Part shown: in pieces, positions 1 to 12,584 of the stretch | Layout: the number at the start of each line of letters is the position of its first letter | Position numbering within the stretch: position 1 is the first letter of the stretch | Assembly (NCBI GenBank): GCA_049724395.1 | Contig: JAUGWO010000058.1 | Location: forward strand, 1-64,000 | Reading direction: 5' to 3' | Origin: Spongospora subterranea f. sp. subterranea | Taxonomy: Eukaryota | DNA length: 64,000 nucleotides | Position numbers and translations under genes: made by a program | Notes under the pieces: model-generated | The model's input: the letters and a program-made list of their open reading frames with translations, nothing else | Databases searched by the model: none | Told to the model about the DNA's origin: nothing

Positions 1-407
1 CTCTTGCAGATCGCTTCAGGCCATTGTGGTCAATATAAGTTTCTGAAAATCGGTCATTACATTGGTTTTACTTAGCAAAAACAAAAACGATCTCACAGTC
101 TATAGCATTCAAAGTTTCATTATCCAGTACGTAAATAATGCCTCAATTAGACAGCGAACTTTTTGGTTCCGCTTTCTTGTAAATTAGAATTTCCTCTTCT
201 GTTAACGTATTGGAATGTGGGTATTGAGTTGACCCATTCAATGAATGCAGCTTCCGAGGAGAACTGTTTTCAACTATAGGGACTACGTTATCATGAAACC
301 TGAAAATAAAACGAACTGATGAAATTGAAGAAACCATACATACCGATTGTAAATGCATTATGGATTCCGTAATTGTTTTTGTAAACGTAGCTCAGCATAT
401 CATACAT

Positions 408-638
408 TCACAGGTGCACTTTAGGATCGTATTCGCGGAATCTGTAATGCACAAAATGTTTGTGAATATCGGAATTCAATGATTTGATAATTATTAAACA
501 TAAAGCTGCACCTGTTGCTTTAAGATGATTTCTGTGAATATGGCTACCCAATGAATCAGGACCTCGCAGTTGGACAGAGCAGAAGTTGCATTGCAGCAAA
601 CTATAGAAACAATTAGGTGCCCTGTTCGAGCTTCCCAA
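408..638 (-). pseudogene. Fragment with one C2H2 zinc finger; probably a decayed gene or mobile-element relic
   Basis: CNFCSVQLRGPDSLGSHIHRNH fits C-x2-C-x3-L-x5-L-x2-H-x4-H. The surrounding AT-rich sequence has no long open frame. Confidence 0.35.
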
Positions 639-1015
639 ATGGTAAGAAAACCTGGCGGAGTGTGTTTTGATGTATCGCTTGAAATTATTTACAAAGATCT
701 GTTTTGAACTAATGATCGCAAGTTATGAAAGGAGCAGACTCCATTGTAATCCAAGGTATTGAGGAGAGGGTCCCTACAGCAAAAGTGATAAAGATCTACT
801 GTAGTTGTTATAAGTAATCGCTACAGTGTGACAAAATACATTTAAGTGAACGTTAATGCAGAGTATGAGCTAACATACACTAAATGTACGTTGTGTCGAG
901 GTCAGATTAGGTCATTACCAGGTACAGTACCAGAGGCGGGGTTCACACAGTCACAGTAGCTACTGTCACAGTCCACCCAATGACCCTTCGCACGTACAGA
1001 CTGACTAGAGATGCG

Positions 1016-1209
1016 GAGTCGACTTAATGACTCGACTCGACTCCAAGTTTTGCTGAGTGACTCGGAGTCGACTCCAGCAAAACCTGGGGTCACTCCGAGT
1101 CGACTCCGAGTCATTTTGAGTCGACTTGGAGTCGACTCGGAGTTGAGTCGACTCGGAGTCATTTTTGAGTCGACTCGGAGTCATTCGAGTCGACTCAACT
1201 CCAAGTCGT
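1016..1209. repeat. Left subterminal array of GAGTCGACTC palindromes and GAGTC/GACTC half-sites
   Basis: Directly visible repeated GAGTCGACTC / GAGTCACTC units with short spacers. Confidence 0.92.
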
Positions 1210-1252
1210 TTTGAAAGTCTGCCTATCGTTCAACCATAATGGTAAATTTTAA

Positions 1253-3548
1253 TTAGAGTTTAATTTTCAGCCACGACTGTAACTCGCAGACTGCCGAAAC
1301 GCAGTCATCTCCGAGGCGTGCGCGCCTCTTCGATACGGTTGTGCCCGCTCTTGAAAAAGCCTGTTCACTAGGAACCGACGTGGACATGATGGCCAAATAA
1401 TCTTTGGCCATCAATGACACTCTTGGATACATAAAACCATTGAGTTTGAACCAAAGCAAAACGTCTCGACTGGACTGCTCGATTGACATGTTCGTATGGG
1501 CAATCCAGCGTTCCAATTCCCGTGCAAACGACTCTGAACTGTTGTCGGACGTGCGCTGACTCTGCGTCGTTAGAGATAGAGCTTCAATGAGCTTGCTCTT
1601 CTTCTTTGCAGGCACTTCTAAAGAAGAGCATCCGTCGAGTCCGTTTTCATTGTCGACCCTGGACACTATTCGTCAAAACTTGAAACAATCTCATTAGTTG
1701 TCGTTAGATCTGCTAACCTATTCATGTACGTTGTCGTATATATGAACTCCACGAGAGCCTTCGCATCGTCAACATCAATACCACAATTGGCTAAACTGCC
1801 TTTTACCCTGGGATCGAGCAATGCGGAAATCACCGAATGATCATTGACCATAAGATCTTGGTATTGTGTGAGTTTGGCTTGAATAGCTACAGCGAAAGCT
1901 TTTGCATGCTGTGAACGGAATCCATTTGGTGATGCAACTGTTTGATTGACGTGCTGCTGGATGTGAAAGAAGACTGGGACAGCCAGCCCAAGGGTTGGAT
2001 AGGTTGAGGCGGACATCAACTCTGTTGCATCTTTGAACGGCTCGAGAAATGAGCAAAAGTCCTTGATGGCGTTCCACGATATGTTATCGATGGGCCTAGC
2101 CAGGAAATCTGATGGCCCAATGGTGAAAGCTGTGTAACCCTCAAATCCCTCACGGATTCTTTTTAATAGTTCATCGACAGGCTTTCGAAGTTGCAATGCT
2201 GTCTTCAGCATGTCAAAAGTGCTGTTCCATCTTGTTTCACAATCCAATTGAAGTAAGTTAGAGGGTGCATTCAGTGCATTGCGAATCTCCTGGAATGTTT
2301 CCATTAGCTTTGGTGAATCAGATATTTTTTTGGTTACGTCACGGATGCGACCTATTGCTGCATCGACAGCAGGAGCATTCTTAAGCCCATCTTTGACAGC
2401 TACCTGTAAGACATGTGCAAAGCAGCGAATGAGAACGACTTGTTGGTCGTCACCATGGTCAACAGCAACCGTATTCGAATTCTCAGATGCATCATCGTCA
2501 ACCGACACCGATGTGCGATCTTCAGCAATAGATCGCAAATGTTCCTTATGCAAATCGTTGTAATTCTTCGTTAACGCGGGATTTGTTGATGCATTGTCTG
2601 CGGTTATCGTCCACACAGATGAAAGCAAATCCGGATGCATGTCGATAAGACAGTTAAACAGGGCAGCTGCCAGACGCTCAGAGGTGTGAGGATAGAGCAC
2701 TCGTATGAATCCAGCAATGATGGATACAAGTTCCCAACTGTCGTCAATGAAATGCAAACTAACGACCATATACCCTACAAGCGCTTAGGTTTGGTAACTA
2801 CAAAAGAAAAATAAGGTAAATGTACAGACCTCTCTTAGCGGACGAAGTCCACATATCAGTAGTGATGCTACACTTGCGATTCCTGATGTGCCTTAAAAGA
2901 AATGAGCGAACTTTTACACGGGTTGCTTCCCAATGCTTCAGAATCCTGGTCCGCACTGTATCTCTCGACGGCACGACATAACGTCTTTCCAGGGTATCGC
3001 AAAAATCAATAAAGTCAGCCTGGTGAACAACATTGAAAGGCTGCGAATGATTGATGATCCATTTGATAAGATGATCGTTCGCTTTGTCAATACGATGGCT
3101 TTCCATCGGCGGACCTGACATTTTTCTGGCAATCAGTTTGTTTCTAGAAACTTTAAAAAAGCCGTCGGTCAGCTTCATCTGGGTTGGGTCTGGAAGGTAA
3201 ACTTCTTTGTGCTTGATTCTTAAATGCCGACGAATTGTGAAGGTATTCTTGGTGTTCCAAACCTAACAAATGTAATGGTTGGGTAGACGGTATCATGGCA
3301 ATCGGATCATGGGGTAAGAACATACCTGCTTTACCTTCTTGGCGTTGCAGAGCTGAGAGCTTACAACTCCATATTTTGCGTCCGTTTAGAACGATTTGCT
3401 CAATGTGAGCATTGACATCTGATAGGGTATTCCCTGACGAACTCGGTGCCGTTGAAAGAAGGTCACCATTCTCCGACTCATATTCGCGAGTACAGTCGAT
3501 ATCATCGAATTCAATGACTTCGCAAAAAGTTTCATCATGATCTGGCAT
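1253..3548 (-). CDS. hAT transposase (BED finger, RNase H-like DDE core, C-terminal dimerisation domain); spliced, with an unresolved frame break at ~1666
   Basis: BED-like WSCKLS...TFTIRRHLRIKH; TTDMWTS; TADNAST; RCFAH (CxxH); DCETRWNSTFDM; LLDPR; YPRVSLMAKDYLAIMSTSVPSEQAFS. GT-AG introns near 3265-3325 and 2777-2829. Confidence 0.9.
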
Positions 3549-3694
3549 CGTTGCTGTCAATTACAAATTCACAATCGTCAATCGTGATTCGTGGGATGCA
3601 GAGCTGGATTGCGGACTCCGGACTTGGGTTTGACTGCATACCAACCTATTGAGTATTGACGGCATACCAACCCTATAAATAGATATACCTGGTT

Positions 3695-3830
3695 GGAGTC
3701 GACTCGGAGTGACTCCGAGTCGACTCAGCAAAACCTGGAGTCACTCCGAGTCGACTCCATCATAAACTGGAGTCATGAGTGGAGTCGAGTCGACTCAGAG
3801 TCACTCGGAGTCGACTCGACTCGTGAGTCA
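3695..3830. repeat. Right subterminal array of GAGTCGACTC palindromes
   Basis: Same unit as 1016-1209. Shares the block CAGCAAAACCTGG(G/A)GTCACTCCGAGTCGACTCC. Confidence 0.92.
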
Positions 3831-3996
3831 CGCAAGTCTCTGACTGACTGTAGGCCACCACTAGTCCGCCCCTAAATATCGTTCAAACTTCCGTACGGCA
3901 TTTTGCCGACCTCGTAATTACCAATCGGCAATCAACACAATTTTTGATCGGTTTTGCCTTGTGGTACTGTACATCTTTCAATGCCTTGCTTCAATA

Positions 3997-5940
3997 ATGA
4001 GTGGTTGCTATTCCCTCGATCGCAGTAGCTGGTCTTTCAATTCAGATTTGGAGAGTTTGCCCGCTGATGGTGCTTTTAAGCGATCTGATACTGCTCCATC
4101 GCAAACAGTAACTTCGAAAGTTATCAACTGTGGTCGTAAGCGCAAATTATCTGCAAACTTCTCTTAGATTTGGACGTATTTTAAAAAACGCGATATTGGT
4201 ATCATCTGCTCTCAGTGTATCAGCAAAAAGCGAAAGGTCTATTCTATCAGAACCGGAAATAGCTCGCTTAAACGTCATCTTGAGGTCGCCAACAAACTCA
4301 AGCAAAATGGCAAAACAGGAGATTCCAACCAAGGTACTCTGGATGTAACTGGTAATGTGGTGGATCCTCTGGCGATGGATGATGGAAAGAAGGCGGAACT
4401 GCTGATCTTTGGTGGTGTTTGTTGTTGATAACAAGCAACCCTTCCGTTTGGTTGAGTCCAAGTTCTTTGCAATCTTTTGCAGCAAAATGAACCGCAAATT
4501 TATCATGCCTAACTGTTGTACTTTGGTGAGGTCCTTGCATGACGAATATGCAGAAGCCCTGCAAAGATTTTTGTTAAAAATCGAGCGCATTCCTGGCCAA
4601 GTAGCTCTCACGTTAGATGGATGGTCCTCAAGAATCATGAAGGGGTATTTGATTATCTAAAATTACTGTATTGGAATTCAAATATTTTCGTCGTCCTCAT
4701 AACGAGCATACCACAAGTGACTTGATACTCACGATTTTGAAAGAGTTTAATATCCATACAAAAGTTCGCGCGATCACGTCAAATATTGGTGGCGAGATGG
4801 TTCAAACCATCAAACTTCTTCATTCCTATCTCCAGCGTGATTTGGCGTTAACTTTCGGCAATATAGTCGACTTTCATATGCGCTGTGTTTGCCATGTGAT
4901 AAACTGAGCTGTTGTTGACGCGACTGCGCTAATCAAACGTGAAGTTTCATTGCTCCGAGATCTGCTGAAGATGGTTCGAGGTTCAGGGATGATCCGCCAA
5001 AAATATGCTGATGCCAATGTAGTGCTTGGTCGGGCAACAAAGCAATTTGTGCCGAATCTAGATGTCGAAACTAGATGGAACTCTATGTTCTTGATGGTTG
5101 AAGAGTGCTTCAAGAATAAAGACATTTTGGAGGCTATTTGCAATCAAGAGGAGTTCCTGGACAAGCTTGGGCCGTTGAAATTGTCAGACATGGATTGGCG
5201 CATTCTTCAATCCTGCAAAGATCTCCTGGTTTCTGCATATCAGTGTACGAAGGCTGCAAGTGGTCAAAACTTCGCAACGCTTGCCATACAGCCATTGATC
5301 TACTCGCATCCCAAAAGCCTATGTGAGTCTACCATTTCAGGAACTACAACTACAGGGTTCACAACACCCAAAGTAAAAGCTGCGGCAGAAGCGATGCTAA
5401 TCAAGGTTGACAAGTATCACGGGACCCTTATCAACAACACCGCTTCCATCGCTTTGTTTTTTTTTGGATCCAAGACGAAACAGCTCAGATGCCTCTGAAG
5501 AACCGAAGCGATTAATCCGAGAAATCCTAGCTACTGATTATGGGACATGGACTCAACCGCATTCAATATGTTTTCTTCCCTGTCGGATTCACAGTAAGAC
5601 GTTCTCAGGGATGAACTGGAAGACTTCTGCTTCATGACTTTGAAAACCGACCGACAAGTCGTGTAAATGTCCAGTCGCGAGGTGGAAGCAGCAGACTGGG
5701 CGCTTCCCGAAGCTAAGCCTTCTGGCTCGTGATACTCTGATGATAATGGGGTCGTCGGTCGCTTCAGAATCAGGCTTCTCTGATTCTGGTGACTTTGTTA
5801 GTGCCGATCGCACCATGTTATCTGACGAGAACATAACGGTGATGATGAAATTACGGTCGTGGAACCGTTTGATCGGCAAGTTTGATCAAATACAGATATT
5901 TATGGAGTTTGTCGCTAAATTTCAAATTAACCGCGGCTAG
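3997..5940 (+). pseudogene. Decayed hAT transposase from a different family than the neighbouring element
   Basis: BED finger IWTYF...CSQC...GNSSLKRHL; LTLDGWSS; RCVCHVIN then stop; DVETRWNSMFLM; LDPRR; SSVASESGFS. In-frame stops at 4167, 4660 and 4907 plus frameshifts. No terminal inverted repeats recognised. Confidence 0.88.
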
Positions 5941-6300
5941 CTTTGTCTGTCTCTGATAAAAAAGCTGGCCGCGCCTCGAAACCATCTTTCTTAAAATGTT
6001 TTGCTCTTAATCGGGCACGTTAACTCTCACCGCTCGTGACTCATGTCAGTTCTGTTTCAAGCTTTTCATAGTCAGGTTCTTTTTCCTATGAAATGAAGGA
6101 GTGTGTTTTTGCATGAACCAAAGTGTTCGAAAATACAGAGACCGGGCGACAGCGTATTGACATGTTCGGGAACACATACAATAGTCCAGGTTTTATCGAA
6201 CCATAGTTGGCGAAAATTCACGAAGTTTTACCACAATGAGTCAACAGAACCCCTGTTCCGGAAGTTCCACATCGAAAATCCATTCCGAAATCATTTCAAG

Positions 6301-6692
6301 ATGAAGTCACTGTTGTGGCTCATTGTCGTCTTGGCCGTTATTGCTACAGTTTTCAGCGATTTACATATAGATGACGATGATTCAGGCCGCGATGGGGTAT
6401 TTCGATCGTCTGTCTATGGACCGCTATCGTCATTCATTTGCTCATTCAGGATCGGTTCCGACATTCATACAGCCATAAAGATGAAGATTCCACAACAACT
6501 ACAGAGAATATTGTCCTATCCGGTATGAAAATCCCAGCATTGAACGTGATGAATAGAATCTGATCGTTAACGGGAACAGGAACTGAAAATATGAATGGAG
6601 TGTATCGCCATCACGATGGACATGATAATGCAGATCATCATGGAACATGGGGAGCGGGTGACGGATTCTCAGCATTTCATCATTATCATTAA
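6301..6692 (+). CDS. Small secreted His/Asp-rich protein, 93 aa; exons 6301-6396, 6450-6522, 6580-6692
   Basis: Signal-peptide-like MKSLLWLIVVLAVIATVFS. Two GT-AG introns (53 and 57 nt) splice in frame to ...YRHHDGHDNADHHGTWGAGDGFSAFHHYH*. Confidence 0.7.
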
Positions 6693-7330
6693 ACAGTTTA
6701 TTACTCATCACAGCTCACTATCCATCAGTAGTTCGGTTGGTCTCTTAGAAACACAACTATCTGAAATAGGGTTTTCAGCTGATTACCATCGTCAGCTCGA
6801 TTTTCATCTGACAAAATCACGGTTGATCAACATCGCCTAATGAGAAAATCCTGAACACGAGTCATAATTTCACCAGGAAAGCCAGTACTAGTAACCACAA
6901 AACTGTGTCTTGCAGGTAATTAAGAATGAACTATGACAGCCCCAGCACATTCAAAGAATATCTCTCAAACAATACGTTGATTCAAGCAGACTACTAGGGT
7001 AAACGGTAAAATTTCCTTTTATGATCAGTCTAATTTGCGTTGAAATGTGTACCAAATATTGATCCTAACCGCATTCCAATTGTAGTAAATATCGGGCTAG
7101 CGGATGGGCAATTCAAGGGAAGACCCATACCGCATCATGGTTTATAGCTTCTATGGTCAACGGGAACGACCAGACGTTGAATTCCGCACGAAATTATTTC
7201 AAAAGTTGAACCTCCTTGCAAGCATCGTAATGATTGAAACCAGCGCAATCAACGAATTCAGTGCACACAGTGATTTATTCATATCATCCCCAAAGAATAA
7301 AAGGGAAATATATGAAAAAAAGAATGCACT

Positions 7331-8124
7331 CTACATTCCAGCCATTGTAGTCGTTGGTCGAACAGTTGATTTGGTTGGGTTTTGAGTCCGGGTTTCCGTA
7401 AACAGCGATGTCGAATTTGAAGCAGGTGGGGGATTGTCATGAATAAAATGGCTGTCGTCGATGGACATGGGAGGAGCGTCTGGTTGATGGAGTGGCGACC
7501 CTTCCCGCTTTTTATGACACACGATAATCGATGAGTTGTAATCATCCAGCCCTATACACGACGATGAGTTTGAGTCCATTTGATGACGCCGGTGGAGTAG
7601 GGTACCTGATGCAGCGGGAATCAACACTAACTCCTCGAACAAATCGATCATCCAAGGAAATGCTCGAAGGAGTCGAGTTATCGGCATGTTCTGACAGAAT
7701 ACGCTGCCTTACCTAACAGATCAAATTATCATATAACTTGGACTAATCAAGCTCCATATCATACAACATCACCCCTGAAAACAAATCGAAACGATGTTCT
7801 GTGATTGGGTATAACTGGAACACAATTTCGAAGTTTTATGAACTGTTTAGACACGAACCTTTCCACCTGATAACATGGGGATTTTTCAAAGACGATCAAC
7901 GGTTGATGTTATTGTACCTCACATCTAGTGTCAAACCCTTGATCTGGAACCCGGTCCCATTCCACTACCATATTAGGGCTGGAGAGCTCGGGATAGAGGC
8001 GATAATTGTCGCATGGACCCAATGCATCAGGATTGGCATCATCGGGCTTGTTCCCTGACCCTAATATCCCTGATAGATCTAGCGATATCCTATTACGATC
8101 GGTAATCGAGACCTGACGAACCAC
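7331..8124 (-). CDS. Hypothetical multi-exon protein with Ser/Thr/Pro-rich C-terminus; 5' end unresolved
   Basis: Short ORFs separated by GT-AG segments of typical intron size. No recognised domain. Confidence 0.3.
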
Positions 8125-8918
8125 ATACTATGATCGTTATATGTGATGAAACACAGGTGGATCGTCGAGGACATAATCGATATTGATTGTGGGATGAGAG
8201 GGCGGGGACAGTCACCGATCCCTTTTATCAGATGATTGATAAGTGCCCACAGGTACCAGATATAGATAACCAGATATGTTATTTATTAAGGGGCTGCACT
8301 AGCCGATCAAATAGGACCTCAATTAGCAATCAGTTCCTCTAGACCGATATGAATCACCGAAAATATCAACGAAGGAAGGGAGGAAAGCCTCTTTCATTAT
8401 TGGCCATGATACTGGGTGTATAAATATATCAATCCAATAACATGATCAAAGCTCTCCTTCAGCTCAATTTACCCAGACTTTCAGAAAGGATATATATATC
8501 GGGCAGTTTTCTTGCATATTGCGAATTAGAAAGAAAAGAGTTAGGAAAATTACTGAAAAACGAGTGATCCTGACAATTTGCTAATCAGAAGCCGCTCTTC
8601 TCAACGCTATTGGTGAAAGCACATTCCATCTGCTTTTTATTGCCAATAACCGGGCCGAGGTGGCGAATTGACGCAATAGCTGCAGATAGATGGTCTTGGA
8701 TCGTAACCTCAAGAACAGCTAATACCGCTATTCGATGAGCACGATCGTGAACATCGTCAATTAATTTACGAGATCAAATTGCCGAGGGAATAGTGCGCAG
8801 ATTGATTGACCAACAAAATTGAGATTTCGTGTTCATCAGGAGCAAGAGACAGGTTTGCGCTTGCAGATTAGATTCATCCTTAGCTGTTATTCCACGCTAT
8901 TGCCCATTACTCGTTCAC

Positions 8919-10094
8919 ATGGGGAAAAGACAGCGGGACGGCGATAAACGCCAGGCCAAGGAAAGCAAGAAGAAAGAAGTAATCGATTCGAATTCGCTAA
9001 ACCTGCTCGATATTCCTAGACCGCGAAAGTATACGGTGACGATTGCACTCCCTGGAAGTATTGTTGCCAATGCCCAATCCGTTGAGCTAAAAACATATTT
9101 GGCTGGGCAAATTGCCAGAGCGGCGACCATATTCAACGTTGACGAAATCGTTGTGTTCTCTGAGGTTTTGACAACGGGTTTATACATTAGTCGATCATCA
9201 TCAAATATGGTTTATCAGGATGGCCAAAAACTGGAGATAAATAAGGGTTTAGACAGGAATTCGAAGCGCACAGATGAGAACGTGTTTCTTGCTCGAGTAT
9301 TAGAATATCTCGAATGTCCTCAATACCTTAGAAAAGCCCTATTCCCAATGCATCCAGACCTTAGGTTATCCATTTTTGTGGCCAAAGGTTTCAAAATGCT
9401 CAAAAAATATCGTACAGGTTTGCAGGGCTATTAAACCCATTAGATGCGCCACATCATCTGAAAGCTGATAAAATTTGCAAATATCGTGAAGGAGTGTCGC
9501 TCAAGCGCAACGGCGCCGGAACCATGATCAATGTTGGTCTGAACACTGAAATCCGTATCCCAGAAGTCATCTCTCCTAACACACGTGTCACCGTTTCTAT
9601 CAATGATCCAGAGTTCCTTGGAAGAGGCAAGTCGCCGTTGAAATTCGTCTTCTCCCTTGGTAAACTGATTGTCCTATGTAGTCGGCGAAGGCGTCACAGT
9701 TTCTCCGAGCGTTCCGCGAGAAGAATTGGGCTTGTATTGGGGCTATTCGACCCGTCTTGCTGCAGGATTATCAGAGGTGTTTACGCATTGCCCATATGAA
9801 GGAGGGTATGATCTAGCGTTGGGGACATCTGACAAGGGAGATACTGCTCAAGATGCATCGTTCAAACTTCGCCCATTCAAACACCTGCTAATTGTGTTCG
9901 GAGGGCTGCGAGGGATAGAATCATGCGTTGAGGGCGATCGGAGTCTGCCTTCAGCTTCGGCGGAGGAGCTATTCGATGCATATCTCAATACTTGCGTTTT
10001 TCAAGGAAGCGGGACTATTAGAACTGAAGAAGCGATTCTTGTGTCAATGTCTGTTCTTCAGCCACATATTTTGCGGAATACAATGCCAGAATAA
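8919..10094 (+). CDS. SPOUT1: SPOUT-family RNA methyltransferase (C9orf114/CENP-32-like), 4 exons
   Basis: TVTIALPGSIVANAQSVELKTYLAGQIARAATIFNVDEIVVF; LEYLECPQYLRKALFPMHPDLR; HLLIVFGGLRGIE; NTCVFQGSGTIRTEEA. Confidence 0.93.
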
Positions 10095-10221
10095 ATAGGC
10101 TATCCGGTTTCGCAATTGTGAATATTCGCGTTGATAGAAAGGGTTTCACTCCTAATATGACCAAACCAACGCTCTGGTTAGACGAAGCGAATTTATATAT
10201 GACCGCATAAATGATTGCTGT

Positions 10222-10904
10222 TCAATCATCTTGGAAAGACAGTTGAGACCGTTCTTGACATTGACGAAGTGCATCAAAGTAATACTTGCAATAAGATACA
10301 TTGTCCTCATTAGAAGCCATGCACTGATAGAAACCTCAATAATGCAGAAAAACAGATCAAGCGTCAACCTACGTCTCGGAGAGCCTTCATGTCTAATCTA
10401 CATTGGTCATTACCATTCGACGACTTAGCGAAGCTATCTTCTGTGAAGCTTGATGGTGATTCATTCTGCACAGGTCGATCGTCCGATTTTGACGAGCCCA
10501 TAACAGAATCTATCGCGCGATGAGCAATAGAGCTGCCTGTTCCAAAAGCCATCCCTAAAGTATACATCAGTGAGACAGGAGTTACGATGATGCAGAGCGA
10601 TACGTTGATAAACCTGAGGCTAAGGTGGATAAAAGGCCACCACCGGAGATCGAAGGCGCACCCCCAGAAGATGCAATAGGCTATAATTGTGAAAACAAGA
10701 TCAGTAAGGGCAGGTGCTCATTCAAACAAGTAATACTGCTGCAGCTGCTGGAGCACTCGGCGACGTCGTCGATTTGGGTTTACTGATAGGCGTCATAGAT
10801 GCGGGTTGTGCAGCAGGGCGCTGCATTGACGAAGTAGCAGATTTTGCAATAGGACGAGGAGCAGGACGGGAACGCATACCACCACCACCGCTGCGCCGAG
10901 CCAT
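10222..10904 (-). CDS. CHCHD2: Mitochondrial twin-CX9C protein, CHCHD2/CHCHD10/Mix17 family
   Basis: Arg/Ser/Pro-rich presequence-like N-terminus; GMAFGTGSSIAHRAIDSVMG helix; spliced CRLDMKALRDC...CKYYFDALRQC. Confidence 0.9.
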
Positions 10905-12584
10905 GAAATTCAAACAATTATTATGGACGATTTATGAATCAAAAAGAGTTGTGAAGTCCGGTCCTGGCGGTGAACGGAGGGGAGGAGGGACCCTCTTTAC
11001 TCTCTTGACATGTACACTGTACAGTACAATAATGTACACAGTAGGGCCTGCCTGACACACTCATCTCGAGTGTATATACTTGACACGCCACGGTCACCGT
11101 CAAGTCAAGAATATTCCGCCAAAAATCAATCGATAATCAGTCGAAAATCCCTTAACCACGGTAGGAAATGGGGTTTTGGTGTATGAAAACCGCTAAAAGG
11201 TTGACGGTGATATAGAACAAACTTGGTTATGGATGATGATCATGATCCGTTTCGAGGCCGAGAATGTTGAGCAAGAAAAAACGAAAGCGAAGTGCTCATC
11301 TGCCGTTCTGACACTTTCTTCTTGCACTATTGACCTTTATACTAAACACGGATTCAAAACAATCAATCTTATCATAACTGCATCTGCACTATATCGGAAA
11401 CCTGCTCATTTCATCCAAAGGAAGCAATCAGATGAGAGCGCAGCCTTTTTTTAGGCCTAAGGAGAATCAGCAACTCTTGCAACCTATGGCTTTGCATTCA
11501 CCATTTCTTTTTGTTCCCGAGATGGTCTGCATCAGGTGTTGGATACATATCTTCTGGCTTATGTGCCAAGTCACTGGTTTCGGTTGAGCTTTTACAGTGC
11601 ATAAACTCAACAAAGGCACTCGCTCTGTCAAAACCGGTTCAGTGTGAACAATGTCACCAGCTTTTATTTGCGATGTTTTAAAAGTTATTGGCGTTGCTTA
11701 AGAGTCAGCACCCGAACCGAGGTAGTGTCGATTTGCCCTCGTACAGTACAAACCTTTCTTGTTGGGATCGCCTATACATTGAATCAGTGGTTTTGACTGA
11801 TCCATCAACGCAATAAGCCGATTTTGCGGCTGCCTCTTTCCTAACATTGCTACTGTCGTAATTCGTGATGTATGTTAACCCAACAAAAACTGTTTTTTTT
11901 ACCAGAAACCTACTCCCCGACGCAAAATTGACAAAACAAGGCAAACAAAACCCTCGACCCGTGATATCGATCAGTTAAACAGGCACAACGATTTCAATGT
12001 TCACCCCAAATGCCAACTTCATGTAATGCATAAGAAGACAAACGGTAGTGGAGCAGGCCTAGGTAGTCAGGGTTGGCATGAGATGTATTTTTCATAAATC
12101 GCCACAATATAACACGGACTGACTTCTTGGAGAGCTCAAACGGAATGCAACAAGTTTGGTAGTGTATGCTTATCAGGTCATTATTGAATAAAATAGTTTT
12201 CAAAAGCATGGCCAGGATATAACCATATTTCTGGTGCAATGCAAGTCAGAACGTATATGCGACTTGTGGTTCTGTTCTGCGAAGGAAATATCTCGCTTGT
12301 TGTGAATCAATGGATGCTTGAGGTCCGATCGAGACTTAAAAAGGGACACTAGTGCGAACGTTATTGACCTGCCGGGTTTCATATTGTTGCATATCCCTGA
12401 GAAGATCACTTCACTAAGGAAGAATGGCACTTAAAAAATGAGATTATCACGATGCGGCCTCTCTCGGTAGAGTTGCAATTGCACCTTTTACATGACACTT
12501 GGAGCCCACGGCGTCCGTAGCGAAAACCGAAAAACGCTTCGATATAATTTGTGAGCAGGGATATTGTCGACGACGACGGCCCTC

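Larger units (their letters stand above)
1007..3841 (-). mobile_element. hAT-superfamily DNA transposon, near full length
   Basis: Internal hAT transposase. Identical 8-mer GACTGACT at 999-1006 and 3842-3849 (hAT-size target-site duplication). Imperfect inverted ends AGAGATGCG / CGCAAGTCTCT. Subterminal repeat arrays at both ends. Exact termini could shift by a few bases. Confidence 0.88.

Noticed and set aside
1016..1209. Palindromic repeat array as a CRISPR array
   Set aside because: Units are about 10 bp with no unique 25-45 bp spacers, there are no cas genes, the context is eukaryotic, and the array is mirrored at the other end of a hAT element.
902..1214. ORFs rich in SRL/DSES repeats (also 3693-3875)
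   Set aside because: They are translations of the GAGTCGACTC DNA repeats, not plausible proteins.
995..3852. TA-flanked Tc1/mariner-type boundaries (TA-CAG...CTG-TA) for the first transposon
   Set aside because: The encoded transposase is hAT and a perfect 8-bp duplication fits better; kept only as a minor alternative.
11100..12500. Short ORFs in intergenic stretches (also 15250-16000, 39190-39500, 53400-55300)
   Set aside because: No recognisable domains or consistent splice models; could be old transposon relics but unsupported.
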